A stretch of DNA of 28,998 nucleotides from Octopus sinensis (lineage: Eukaryota), in NCBI RefSeq assembly GCF_006345805.1, contig NW_021832959.1, positions 1 to 28,998 on the forward strand. The letters run 5' to 3'. Under the pieces are notes generated by a model that was not told the DNA's origin, searched no databases, and worked only from the letters and a program-made list of their open reading frames with translations. The translations under genes were made by a program, and so were the position numbers. Positions 1-10,168 of the stretch are shown here, piece by piece. Position 1 is the stretch's first letter. Each line of letters starts with the position of its first letter.

Positions 1-50
1 CGTGTTTATATGTGTGTGTGTGTATTTGTGTGTGTACTTGTAAGAGTGAA

Positions 51-157
51 GGCGCGTGACTTAGTGGTTAGGGTATTCAGTTCACGATCGCAAGGTCGTG
101 AGTTCAATTCCCAGCGAAGTTTTGTGTCCTTGAGCAAGGCTCTTTATTTCACATTGC
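51..157 (+). mobile_element. tRNA-derived SINE head (type D) with core motif, 3'-truncated
   Basis: A-box-like TGACTTAGTGG and B-box-like GAGTTCAATTCC at tRNA spacing, followed by TGTGTCCTTGAGCAAGG, resembling the CCTTGRGCAAG core of CORE-type SINEs. Confidence 0.7.
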
Positions 158-430
158 GGGATCGACTTTGCCTTTCATCGTCGGGAATCGATAAACTAAG
201 CCCCTGCTGAGAACTGGTGCCGATCTAATCGACATTTGCCCTATCCTGAAATTTCTGGCATTATGCCAAAAGTTGAAACCATTATTATAGTTGGTATTCA
301 AATTCCACCAAGGTCGATTTTGCCTTTCATCCTTTCGGGGTCGATAAATTAAGTACCACCGAAACAGTGGGGTTGATGTAATCGATTATCCCCGTCCGCC
401 AAATTTCAAGTCTTGTGCCTATAGTAAAAA
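158..430 (+). mobile_element. Two 5'-truncated copies of SINE family B in tandem (about 158-287 and 288-430)
   Basis: Both carry GTCGA(C/T)TTTGCCTTTCATC..GTCGATAAA..TAATCGA..TTGTGCC, shared with copies at 454, 5062, 22615 and 26899. Confidence 0.75.
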
Positions 431-453
431 TGATTGTTGTTGTTGTTGTTGTT

Positions 454-660
454 AAGGCGGTGAGCTGGTAGAATCGTTAGCGCACCAGTCAAAATGCTTG
501 GTAGCAATTCTTCGCTCTTTACAATCTGAGTTCAAATTCCACCGACGTCGATTTCGCTATTCATAGTTTCGAGGTCGATAAAATAATTATCAGCTGAGCT
601 CTGCGATCGAAGTAATTGACTCCCGCCCCTCTCCTTCATAGACTGCTGCTTTTGTGCCAA
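454..660 (+). mobile_element. SINE family B, near full length
   Basis: AAGGCGGTGAGCTGGTAGAATCGTTAG head, B-box GAGTTCAAATTCC, then the GTCGAT body. Confidence 0.75.
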
Positions 661-756
661 AATTACCAAGAGTTATTACCAAAGCAGCTTGAAGTATTCG
701 TCGTCGTAGCTGTATTCGTAGCAGAAATCATAGAGCTGTCGATTAAGTCCCTAGAG

Positions 757-975
757 CAGTGCTTTTCAAACTTTTTGCTGGAGCGGAATCCCACGGAAAC
801 ATTCCACTGGGTGGAGGAACCCCTGTGCAATAATTTAATAGTCTTATGCACACATATCTGCACAGGAGACTTAAAAATTACTGCCGATTTTAGCAGTTTT
901 GCAACTTCTTGCGGAACCCCTGGACTGTACTGGCGGAACCCTAAGGTTCCGCGGAACCCTTGTTGAAAACCACTG
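757..975. mobile_element. Non-autonomous hAT-type MITE, 219 bp
   Basis: TIRs CAGTGCTTTTCAA / TTGAAAACCACTG; perfect 8-bp TSD CCCTAGAG at 749-756 and 976-983; repeated subterminal GGAACCC motifs. Confidence 0.93.
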
Positions 976-1242
976 CCCTAGAGAGAGAGAGAGCAACGCC
1001 TTGTTTCCTTCACCAAACCACCTCATTTCAGACTGGTGCTGCGACCCTTCCCGTCACCCGTCCTAAAATTCTCCGAAGGATCAAGCTTTTTTCTTTTTCT
1101 TTTTGTTTTGCTCGTAACCATAAGTTTTCCAATAAGATTTGTGATTAAATTAATGAGTAAGGTTAATATTCCTAATCAATTTGCCATTTTCGAGATTTGA
1201 GGGTGTGGTACGGTCATTTTTCGACAATAATTGCTTTCAATA

Positions 1243-1548
1243 GGCGTAGGAGTGGCTGTGTGGTAAGTAGTTTGTTTACGAACAACATGGTTCCGGGTTC
1301 AGTCCCACTGCGTGGCACCTTAGGCAAGTGTCTTCTACTATAGCCAAGGGCCGAGTAAACCCTTGTGAGTGGATTTGGGAGACGGAAACTGAAAGAAGCC
1401 CGTCATATATATGTATATATATGTATGCGTGTGTATATGTTTGTGTGTCTGTGTTTGTACCCCCAACATCGCTTGACAACCGATGCTGGTGTGTTTACAC
1501 CCCGTAACTTATCGGTTTGGCAAAAGATACCCACAGAATAAATACTAG
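1243..1548 (+). mobile_element. SINE family A, 3'-truncated
   Basis: GGCGTAGGAGTGGCTGTGTGGTAAG head, GGGTTCAGTCCC B-box, GGCAAGTGTCTTCTACTATAGCC core, TA/TG linker, GCTTGACAACCGATGCTGGTGTGTTTAC segment. Confidence 0.9.
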
Positions 1549-1630
1549 TCTTCCAAAGAGTAAGTATCTTTGTTGGAAACCGGCTTCCTCCTCAGTGGAA
1601 GATTTATATAATTAAAAAATAGAAGAGACA

Positions 1631-1863
1631 TATATACATACATACATACATGCATACATACATACAATACATATATACATGCATACATACATACATACAC
1701 ATACAACATACAACATACAAACATACTACATACATACATACATACATACATACTACATAATACATACATACATACATACATACATACATACATACATACA
1801 TACCTACAAACAACATACCTACATACATACATACCATACATACATACATACAACATACATACA

Positions 1864-1897
<34 letters not shown>

Positions 1898-1997
1898 CAT
1901 GCATACATACTACATACATACATACATACATACATCATACAACATACATACATACATACATACATACATACATACATACATACATACATACATACAT
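1631..1997. repeat. (TACA)n microsatellite flanked by ~65-bp direct repeats (1564-1630 and 2045-2112)
   Basis: GTATCTTTGTTGGAAACCGGCT..CCTCAGTGGAA..TAATTAAAAAATAGA occurs on both sides of the array. Confidence 0.9.
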
Positions 1998-2399
1998 TCC
2001 AAAGGTGAATTTGTCTGTTAACTACATCCCAAAGATGGAGCCCTGTATCTTTGTTGGAAACCGGCTCCATCCTCAGTGGAAAATTTATAATAATTAAAAA
2101 ATAGATGAGTCATAGATACACACACAACTGCATGCATAGATGATGATGGCCGTCCACTCGTGACCGAGGAAGACTATTGCCGACCTTCAGGAACATTCTG
2201 CGCTCTAAGACTAACTTATATTATATGTTATATACACACACAAACATACAAACACAGACACACATACACATATATTCCCGTATTAATTATAACAACACAA
2301 ACACGAGTATGTTTACTCACAATTGCAAACATACACATGCACACAAACACACAAACACACAAACAGACGCATGCAAATACATACGTACATACATACACA

Positions 2400-2815
2400 G
2401 GCGCAGGAGTGGCTGTGTGGTAAGTAGCTTGTTTACCAACCACATGGTTCCGGGTTCAGTCTCACTGCGTGGCACCTCGGGCAAGTGTCTTCTACTATAG
2501 CCTCGGGCCGACCAAAGCCTTGTGAGTGGATTTGGTAGACGGAAACTGAAAGAAGCCCGTCGTATATATGTATATATGTATGTGTGAGTATATGTTTGTG
2601 TGTCTGTGTCTGTCCCGCTAGCATTGCTTGACAACCGATGCTGATGTGTTTATGTCCCCGTTACTTAGCGGTTCGGCAAAAGAGACCGATAGAATAAGTA
2701 CTGGGCTTACAAAAGAATTAGTCCCGGGGTCGAGTTGCTCGATTAAAGACGGTGCTCCAGCATGACCGCAGTCAAATGACTGAAACAAGTAAAAGAGTAA
2801 AAGAGTAAAGAGTAA
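2400..2815 (+). mobile_element. SINE family A, full length, with (TAAAAGAG)n tail
   Basis: Head, core, linker and 3' body ending GGTGCTCCAGCATGACCGCAGTCAAATGACTGAAACAAG plus tandem tail. Confidence 0.93.
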
Positions 2816-2851
2816 CACAGTCACAAACAAAAGCAAGCATGCGTACACAAG

Positions 2852-3068
2852 TATTAAGTTAAGTTAATTTTTTGGCTCAAAAAGCAAAAAGCAAGGCCAT
2901 GTAGGGGGACATGTACAGGGAGGGTGTTCATGGAAAGAGTTCAGGCCATTTCTGGTCAAGAGAGACTTTGAACCGAGCGGTCGTCGGCATCTTCACTATT
3001 TCGTCCGGCAGCTTATTCCACGGATCCGTAACCCGGACGGAGAGAGCCCCTCTCCTTCGATTGAGATG
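2852..3068 (-). mobile_element. 3' end of a CR1-clade LINE (ORF2 C-terminus, 3' UTR and TTAAC tail), 5'-truncated
   Basis: Minus strand 3068-2928 translates without interruption as HLNRRRGALSVRVTDPWNKLPDEIVKMPTTARFKVSLDQKWPELFP*, matching the RV..WN.LP....FK..LD motif of CR1-group ORF2; short (TTAAC)n tail. Confidence 0.85.
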
Positions 3069-3465
3069 ACACACACACACACACGAACCCAAACACATTT
3101 AATGCAGTAGCTGCTAATTTGTGGGGTGTTTGGCTTGTATTTCTCCTTGTTTGGTCCATCACTTAGGGGTGTCACCTCACGCTGTTCGTCGAGTGTCATG
3201 CCGTTATACCGATTAACAGGGTGACGATGAATCTTAAAAGAGAATGTATTATGTGTGTGCGTGCGATCGTACATACGTTTGTGTGTGTGTGTGTATCTCT
3301 GCTACGTGTGTACATGCCTGTATGTACGTGTGTTTGCATACATGTCCGTATGTGTAGGAGGGGGATTAAGTATTTATGGTTGTGTGTAAGTGGGGGCCTG
3401 TATGTGTGTGAATGTGTTGCATATCCGCATTCATATGGATATGTGTGCTTGTGTGTGTGTGGGGG

Positions 3466-3520
<55 letters not shown>

Positions 3521-3559
3521 ATATATGTATATTTATATATTTTGTTCTCTTGATAGATC

Positions 3560-3740
3560 GTTAGCTCCTACACGCATTTTTTTCTCTCCTTGTTTTTTTT
3601 CTGTGTATCTTTCTGTCGAAGAGCGTAGGCTCGAAACGTAAAAGACTTTTTCTATTTCTATTCCTGAGCGCTATACTAATACATTTGTTTGTTTGTACTC
3701 CACCTGCCTTCGTCTTTTTTTTATTTTCGTAAACCTTCCC
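3560..3740 (+). mobile_element. Penelope-like element terminal fragment with hammerhead-like motif
   Basis: TCTTT-CTGTCGA-A-GAGC-GTAG-GCTC-GAAAC-GTA-AAAGA at 3608-3645. Confidence 0.55.
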
Positions 3741-3741
3741 G

Positions 3742-3788
<47 letters not shown>

Positions 3789-3850
3789 CGAGTGTGTGTG
3801 TGTTTGTATGACTGTGTGTCAATGAATATGTGCGTCTATATGTAAATGGT

Positions 3851-4104
3851 GGAGGCGCAATGGCCCAGTGGCTAGGGCAACGGACTCGCCGACGGAAAAT
3901 TGCGGTTTCAATTCCCAGAGCGGCAGAGGGTACAGGCGACCCCTGTTGTACTCTTTCGCCACAACTTTCTCTCACTCTCTCTTCCTGTTTCTTGAGTAAC
4001 GCTGCGATGGACTGGCGTCTCGTCCAGCTGGGGGAACACATACGCCACAGAAACCGGGAAACCGGGCCCATGAGCCTGGCTAGGCTTGAAAGGGCGACGT
4101 TTAT
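3851..4104 (+). mobile_element. SINE family C, tail type 1
   Basis: GGAGGCGCAATGGCCCAGTGG A-box, GGTTTCAATTCC B-box, TACTCTTTC..CAACTTTC body, tail ending CATGAGCCTGGCTAGGCTTGAAAGGGCG. Confidence 0.8.
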
Positions 4105-4323
4105 CGTTTTATATGTAAATGTGTATCTTCGATGTGTCAGTATGTATGAATGTATTTGCACGGATGTTTATAAATATCTGTATGTATACTTATGTATATA
4201 TGTAAAAACATCAATGTGTATATTTATGTGTGTCAATAAGTGTATATGTATGCTAGGATATACGGATGCATATGGGAATATGCGTATGTAGGTCTGTTCG
4301 TATGTATGAATGTGTGTGTGTGT

Positions 4324-4700
4324 GGAGGCGCAATGGCTCTGTGGTTAGGGCAGCAAACTCGCAGTTGTAGGATCGCCGATTCGATTCCCAGACCTGGCGT
4401 TGTGAGTGTTTATTGAGCAAAAACACTTAAAGCTCTACGAGGCTCCCGCAGGAGGGTGATGGTGAACTCTAGTGTATTCTTTCAGTACAACTTTCAATCT
4501 TTCTTCCTATTTCTGTTGTACCTGTATTTTAAAGGGCCGGCCTTGTCACTATCTGTGTCACGCTGAATCTCCCCGAGAACTACATTAAGGGTACACGTGT
4601 CTGTGGAGTGCTCAGCCACTTGCACGTTAATTTCACAAGCAGGCTGTTCCGTTGATCGGATCAAATGGAACCCTCGGTTGCCGCGACCGACGGAGTACCA
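4324..4700 (+). mobile_element. SINE family C, tail type 2
   Basis: Same head and body as 3851, then an unrelated tail (AAAGGGCCGGCCTTGTCAC ... GACCGACGGAGTACCA). Confidence 0.8.
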
Positions 4701-4956
4701 GAATTCCAACTCTGCCTGTTTTTTTTTAATGTTTTATTTATATTCTTATAATATTATGTAGAATATAGAATATATAGTATATATAGTCAAATTAAATGAA
4801 GTATTGATCGTCTTATTGAATAGATGAAATATTGAATATCAAATATTAAGGGACTAGTATACTTTCTTGCATTTAAGCAGTCTTCAAGGTCCCAAGTTGT
4901 GACAGAAATGTTTCAACTGTATAATATATATAATATATACTATATATATATATGTA

Positions 4957-4996
<40 letters not shown>

Positions 4997-5061
4997 CGTA
5001 CACGCACTACCTGAGCGTGTCCGGTTTGAATAGGAGATCGAAGAAATATTTGGCTAAAACT

Positions 5062-5280
5062 AAGGAGGCGATCTGGCAGAATTGTTAGCGCAGCCGACAA
5101 AAGACTTGGTGACATTCCTTCATCTTTGTGTTCTGAGGTCAAATTCTTCCGAAATCAACTTTTTATTTCTATCTCTTCGGATAAAAGTACCAGTTTAATA
5201 CTGAGGTCCATGTAATTGACTAACCCACCTGTTCTAAATTTCTCGCCTAGTGCCAAAATTGGTAAGATTTCTTTACAGTA
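5062..5280 (+). mobile_element. Diverged SINE family B
   Basis: GGCGATCTGGCAGAATTGTTAG head, GAGGTCAAATTC, GATAAAAGTACCAG, GTGCCAAAATT. Confidence 0.65.
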
Positions 5281-5289
5281 ATTGCCCTC

Positions 5290-5733
5290 TTTTTTTTTCT
5301 GTCTCTCTCTCTTTCGAATTCTTTCATTTGTCTTTTCTCTCCATCCATCTTTGTCTTATGGCTTTCTCATCCCTCTTTCTCTTTCTTCAGTATTGCTTCT
5401 CCCTCTGTCTCTCTCTCTCTCCCTCTCTTTCTCTCTCTCTCTCTCTCTCACCGATATTGTTTCTCTTCTTTCCAACATTGTTTCTCTCTCGTTTTCTTTC
5501 CACTGTACATTCTTCCTTTCTCTCTCCCCCCTCTCTCTCTCTCTCTCCAATATTGTTTTGTCTCCCTCTCTCCTTGTTCCTCCAACATTGTTACTTTCTC
5601 TCTCTCTTTCTCTTTCCATTACTTCTCTCTCTTCATCCGATGATTTTCCCGTCCCTCTCTCTCTCCCTCTCTTCCTTTCTGTCTCTCTTCTTTATCTCGT
5701 CTCACTATCCTCTCTCACTCTCTCACTCTCTCA

Positions 5734-5774
<41 letters not shown>

Positions 5775-6310
5775 CAATATTGTTTTGTCTCCCTCTCTTT
5801 TTGTTTCTCCAACATTGTTACTTTCTCTTTCTCTCTCTCTCTTTCCATTATTTCTCTCTCTTCAAAGGTGATCATCTCTCTCTTCATCCGATGTTAATAT
5901 CTGTCACTCTCTCTCTCTCTCTCTTGCTGTATCTCTTCCTTTCTGTCTCTTCTCTTTATCTTGTCTCACTATCCTCTCTCGCTCTCTCAATCTCTCATTA
6001 TCTCTCCCTCGCTTTCTCTCCAATCATTTTCTTCTTTCTCTTCTCTTTTCTCTCTTTCCTTCAGTCTTCTTTCTCTTTCTACTTCTCATTCTCTCCTCCT
6101 GTTTCTCACTTTTCTTTCTATTCTTTTCTGTACTCTCTCTCACTCACACTTTATCTCATCCCCCCACTCTCACTCTCTCTCTCTCTTCTCTCCAATCATT
6201 TCCTTCCCTCTTTTCTCCTTCCTTCTATCCTTCGTTATCTTGCTTCTCTTTCGCCCTCTCACCCCATATCTCTCACCCATCGTCCCTCCCCCTCTCTCGT
6301 TCTTTCTCTT
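5290..6310. repeat. ~1-kb CT-rich polypyrimidine tract with an internal ~230-bp tandem duplication
   Basis: Markers CTCCAATATTGTTTTGTCTCCC, CCAACATTGTTACTTTC, TTCATCCGATG and GTCTCACTATCCTCTCTC recur in the same order near 5545-5720 and 5772-5980. Confidence 0.85.
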
Positions 6311-6491
6311 CAATATTCTGCTTATATCTTAAGACCAGGTTGCTATGTCCTTCATCTCACTTCCCTGTATGTGCATCTGTATGTGTGTGCATGTGTGTAA
6401 GAGTGTGTGCGAGTATATATGTGTACGTAAATCCGTGTGTGTGTTTATGCTCTTATGTGTATATGTGTGTGCAATTCCGCATATTTGTATA

Positions 6492-6650
6492 AGCGTGGCT
6501 GTGTGGTAAGCAGCCTGCTTCCCAACCAGATGGTTTGGGGCTCAGCCCTACTGCTTGGCGCCTTGGGCGAATATCTTCTGCTAAAACCTCAGGCCGACTA
6601 AAACCTTGTGAGAGGATTTGGTAAACGGAAACTAAAAGAAACTCGTCGTA
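6492..6650 (+). mobile_element. SINE family A 5' half, followed by a CA/TA/TATG array to ~6782
   Basis: GCGTGGCTGTGTGGTAAG ... GGAAACTAAAAGAAACTCGTCG. Confidence 0.85.
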
Positions 6651-6673
6651 TACATACACACACACACATACAC

Positions 6674-6707
<34 letters not shown>

Positions 6708-6721
6708 CATACATATATATA

Positions 6722-6757
<36 letters not shown>

Positions 6758-6814
6758 TGTATGTATGTATGTATGTGTGTGTGACAGTGTAAAGCTAGCG
6801 ATTAAGTGTGTCAA

Positions 6815-6915
6815 CACGTAGCCTCATGATTAGGCTGTTAAAGTCGTAATCGTAAAGTCGAGTTTCGATTCGCAGAGTGGGCGATGCATTGTGCCCTTCG
6901 GCAAGGCACTCAATT
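6815..6915 (+). mobile_element. Degenerate tRNA-derived SINE head with core
   Basis: GAGTTTCGATTC B-box and TTGTGCCCTTCGGCAAGGCAC core-like motif. Confidence 0.5.
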
Positions 6916-7079
6916 TCCCATTTCTCAATCCTCCTTCCAGTTCCAACTATCGCTGCGTGTCCCTTCGCCGATCATCAAGCATCAAATCTAACAAATACAA
7001 AAAATCTCACCGGCCCTTGTTTGCTGCGGTAGACAGGGTGGTACCGATGAAATGCAAATCTATGTGTATCTCTCTATAC

Positions 7080-7298
7080 CAGTGCTTTTCAACCTTTTTG
7101 CTGGAGCGGAACCCCAAGGAAACATTCCACTGGCTCGAGGAACCCCTGTGCAATAATTTAATAGTCTTATGCACACATATCTGCACAGGAGAATTAAAAA
7201 TTACTGACGATTTTAGCAGTTTTGTAACTACTTGCGGAACCCCTGGACTGTACTGGCGGAACCCTAAGGTTCCACGGAACCCTGGTTGAAAACCACTG
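7080..7298. mobile_element. Second copy of the 219-bp hAT-type MITE
   Basis: Same TIRs; perfect 8-bp TSD CTCTATAC at 7072-7079 and 7299-7306; about 11 substitutions versus the 757-975 copy by manual comparison. Confidence 0.93.
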
Positions 7299-7760
7299 CT
7301 CTATACGCGTAAGAATGTATCCACGTGGGTACATGACGCAGTGTGAACGTATATGTGTGTGTAAGATTATTTGTACGTCCCTATGAGCCTATGTATGATA
7401 ATGCGTTGCTCTTTATGTATGCGTTTATGAGTGAGTGTAGGCGTGCTCGTACGTTTGTATACCTTAAATTCTGTATCTTCATCTCTTCTTCGATTTAATT
7501 TAGAGTAAATTTTCATTGACCACCGACTTGGGTAGCAAGGGTGTGGAGGAAAGTATCTTGTTTTATAATTCCGGATACTGCGATGTATGTATGCATGTAT
7601 GTATGTATGTATGTATGTATGTAGATGGATGGATGGATGGATGTGTGTATGTGTGCCTGCCTGAATCAATTGTCAACCGTTGGTTGTGAACAAACACAGA
7701 ACAAGGGACACAGAAAACAACAACACCACAAAAATAATATATGTGTGTATATATATATAT

Positions 7761-7800
<40 letters not shown>

Positions 7801-7899
7801 CGGGCTTCTTACAGTGGATCGAGCAAATTTGTTAAGTTTTCCAGACGTTTATCATATAAATATATGAGAATGTCTAGAGATGCAAATTTGCACCTATAC

Positions 7900-7955
7900 A
7901 CACATACTAACATACATACATACACACATACACACATACATACATACATACATAC

Positions 7956-7986
<31 letters not shown>

Positions 7987-8135
7987 CATACATACATACA
8001 TGCAGACAGACAGACAGACATACTTACATACATATATACATACATACATACATACGTACATACATATATACATACATACATACATACATTCATACATACA
8101 TACATACATACATACATACACACATACAAGAATTC

Positions 8136-8166
<31 letters not shown>

Positions 8167-8341
8167 CATACATGCACACATACATACATACATACATACA
8201 CACATACAAGAATTCTTACATACATACATACGTACATACATACATACATGCACACATACATACTTACATACATACATACATACATACACACACATACATA
8301 CATACATACATACATACATACATACAGACAGACAGACATAC

Positions 8342-8372
<31 letters not shown>

Positions 8373-8804
8373 CATACAGACATACGTACATACATATATA
8401 CATACATACATACATACATTCATACATACATACATACTTACATACATACATACATACACACATACATACATACATACGTACATACATACACACATACGTA
8501 CATACATACATACATACATACGTACATACATACATACATACATACATACATACATACATACATACATGCACACATACATACATACATACATACACACATA
8601 CAAGAATTCTTACATACATACTACATACATACGTACATACATACATACATACATACACACATACATACATACATACATACATACTTACATGCATACATAC
8701 ATACACACATACATACATACATACGTACATACATACACACATACGTACATACATACATACATACATACATGCATGCATACATACATACATACATACATAC
8801 ATAC

Positions 8805-8835
<31 letters not shown>

Positions 8836-8916
8836 CATACTTTCATACATACATACTTACATACATACATACATACATACTTACATACATGCATACATAC
8901 ATACATACATACATAC

Positions 8917-8947
<31 letters not shown>

Positions 8948-9060
8948 CATACTTTCATACATACATACTTACATACATACATACGTACATACATACATAC
9001 ATACATACATACATACATACATACATACATACATACATACATACACATACATACATACAT
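7900..9060. repeat. ~1.15-kb (TACA)n array with higher-order variant blocks
   Basis: Variant markers CAAGAATTCTTAC at 8127, 8207 and 8601; GACAGACAGACATACTTAC block near 8005 and 8327. Confidence 0.95.
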
Positions 9061-9461
9061 AAATACCATTTTGATGGTGTTGAAATTTCAATGAAGAGCC
9101 TTGGATTTACGTAATGAACCGGCTATTTCTCTAGTGGCAACAAAACTTGAAATAAAACTGAATAATGACTTACAAATGAGAACAGCGCTTCAAAAATCAA
9201 AGGAAGGAATTAGAGCACTTGAGTTTGTTATTAAAAGTCTTTCTGACAATCTGGATAAGTTAGAGACTTCAGGGGAAAAAATAACAAACCAGCAAACGCG
9301 CGTTAAATATATATAACTTGTAAGCGGAACAGTAAATTATGCAAGACATTTGCAAAGCTCAGCAGATGACATTGTTTTTGTCATCGTCGTTGTTTTGTCA
9401 ACGACGGTGCTTTGTATTAAATCTCTGAGCGAGATATAAACAGTAACTGCTCTATAACATA

Positions 9462-9737
9462 AGGGGGGTCAGCCATCTGAATGTGGCTAGGGTCAGGGTG
9501 GGGTGGTGGGGGTGTTACTGATGCATTTAGCCCCAGGCGAACATCAACGTCACCAGAAGAGCTGACATGTAGTATCCGTATCTTCGGGGAGGCTGATCTC
9601 CCTTTGCAGGCTGGCAAGGACACCGAGATGGTGTCAGCTCTTCTGGTGACGTTGATGTTCGCCTGGTTTTAAATGCATCAGTAACACCCCCACCACCCCG
9701 CCCTGACCCTAGCCACATTCAGATGGATGACCCCCCT
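9462..9737. mobile_element. Fold-back / MITE-like element with ~106-bp TIRs and TA flanks
   Basis: 9458-9567 is the near-perfect reverse complement of 9632-9741; TA at 9460-9461 and 9738-9739; 64-bp spacer. Confidence 0.8.
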
Positions 9738-10031
9738 TATGGTACTTTGTATGTTTATAAGAAATCAGCCTCTTCCTTAAAGGAACACGTCAAATAATTA
9801 AAGCTAGATGAGAATATGATTATGTATTATATATGTTAAGTATGTATATACATATATAATACAAAGTGAGATAGGGGTTATGAGTGTAACCCACTATGGG
9901 ATATCATTTATCCAATATACTGCCAGTGAAGTACCCAAAAGGCTAATGCATAAATGCTTACAATTGCAATGCAATTAGTTCATTTATTGTATTATATGGG
10001 TGAAGGTAAAATGTTTTACCTCAAATTCATA

Positions 10032-10158
10032 ATGCAAAATAAGAAAATGGAGGAAAAAGATTCCTTTCAATCATCAACTTACAGATAATACCAATTCTGG
10101 TATTATCAATAAGTTGATGATTGAAAGGAATCTATTCCTCCATTTTCTTATTTTGTAT
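10032..10158. repeat. AT-rich near-perfect hairpin (~60-bp stem, 4-nt loop ATTC)
   Basis: CAAAATAAGAAAATGGAGG..GATTCCTTTCAATCATCAACTTA pairs with TAAGTTGATGATTGAAAGGAATC..CCTCCATTTTCTTATTTTG; about 3 mismatches and 1 bulge. Confidence 0.9.
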
Positions 10159-10168
10159 ATACATATAT

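Noticed and set aside
616-966. Paralogous-looking ORFs 616-966 and 6891-7289 sharing EEPLCNNLIVLCTHICTG
   Set aside because: The similarity comes entirely from the two copies of the non-coding hAT MITE.
5250-6400. 215-372 aa Leu/Ser-rich ORFs
   Set aside because: Translation of the CT-rich tract.
7864-9114. Long ORFs of YIHT/MYVC type (also 1545-2070, 17000-18700, 21400-21900, 23747-26037)
   Set aside because: These are translations of TACA/TATG/TA microsatellites, which lack stop codons; there is no evidence of coding function.
9512-9560. Hammerhead-like words CTGATGC...CGAAC...GTC and CCAGAAGA in the fold-back arm
   Set aside because: Both core halves deviate and no stem I can be formed.
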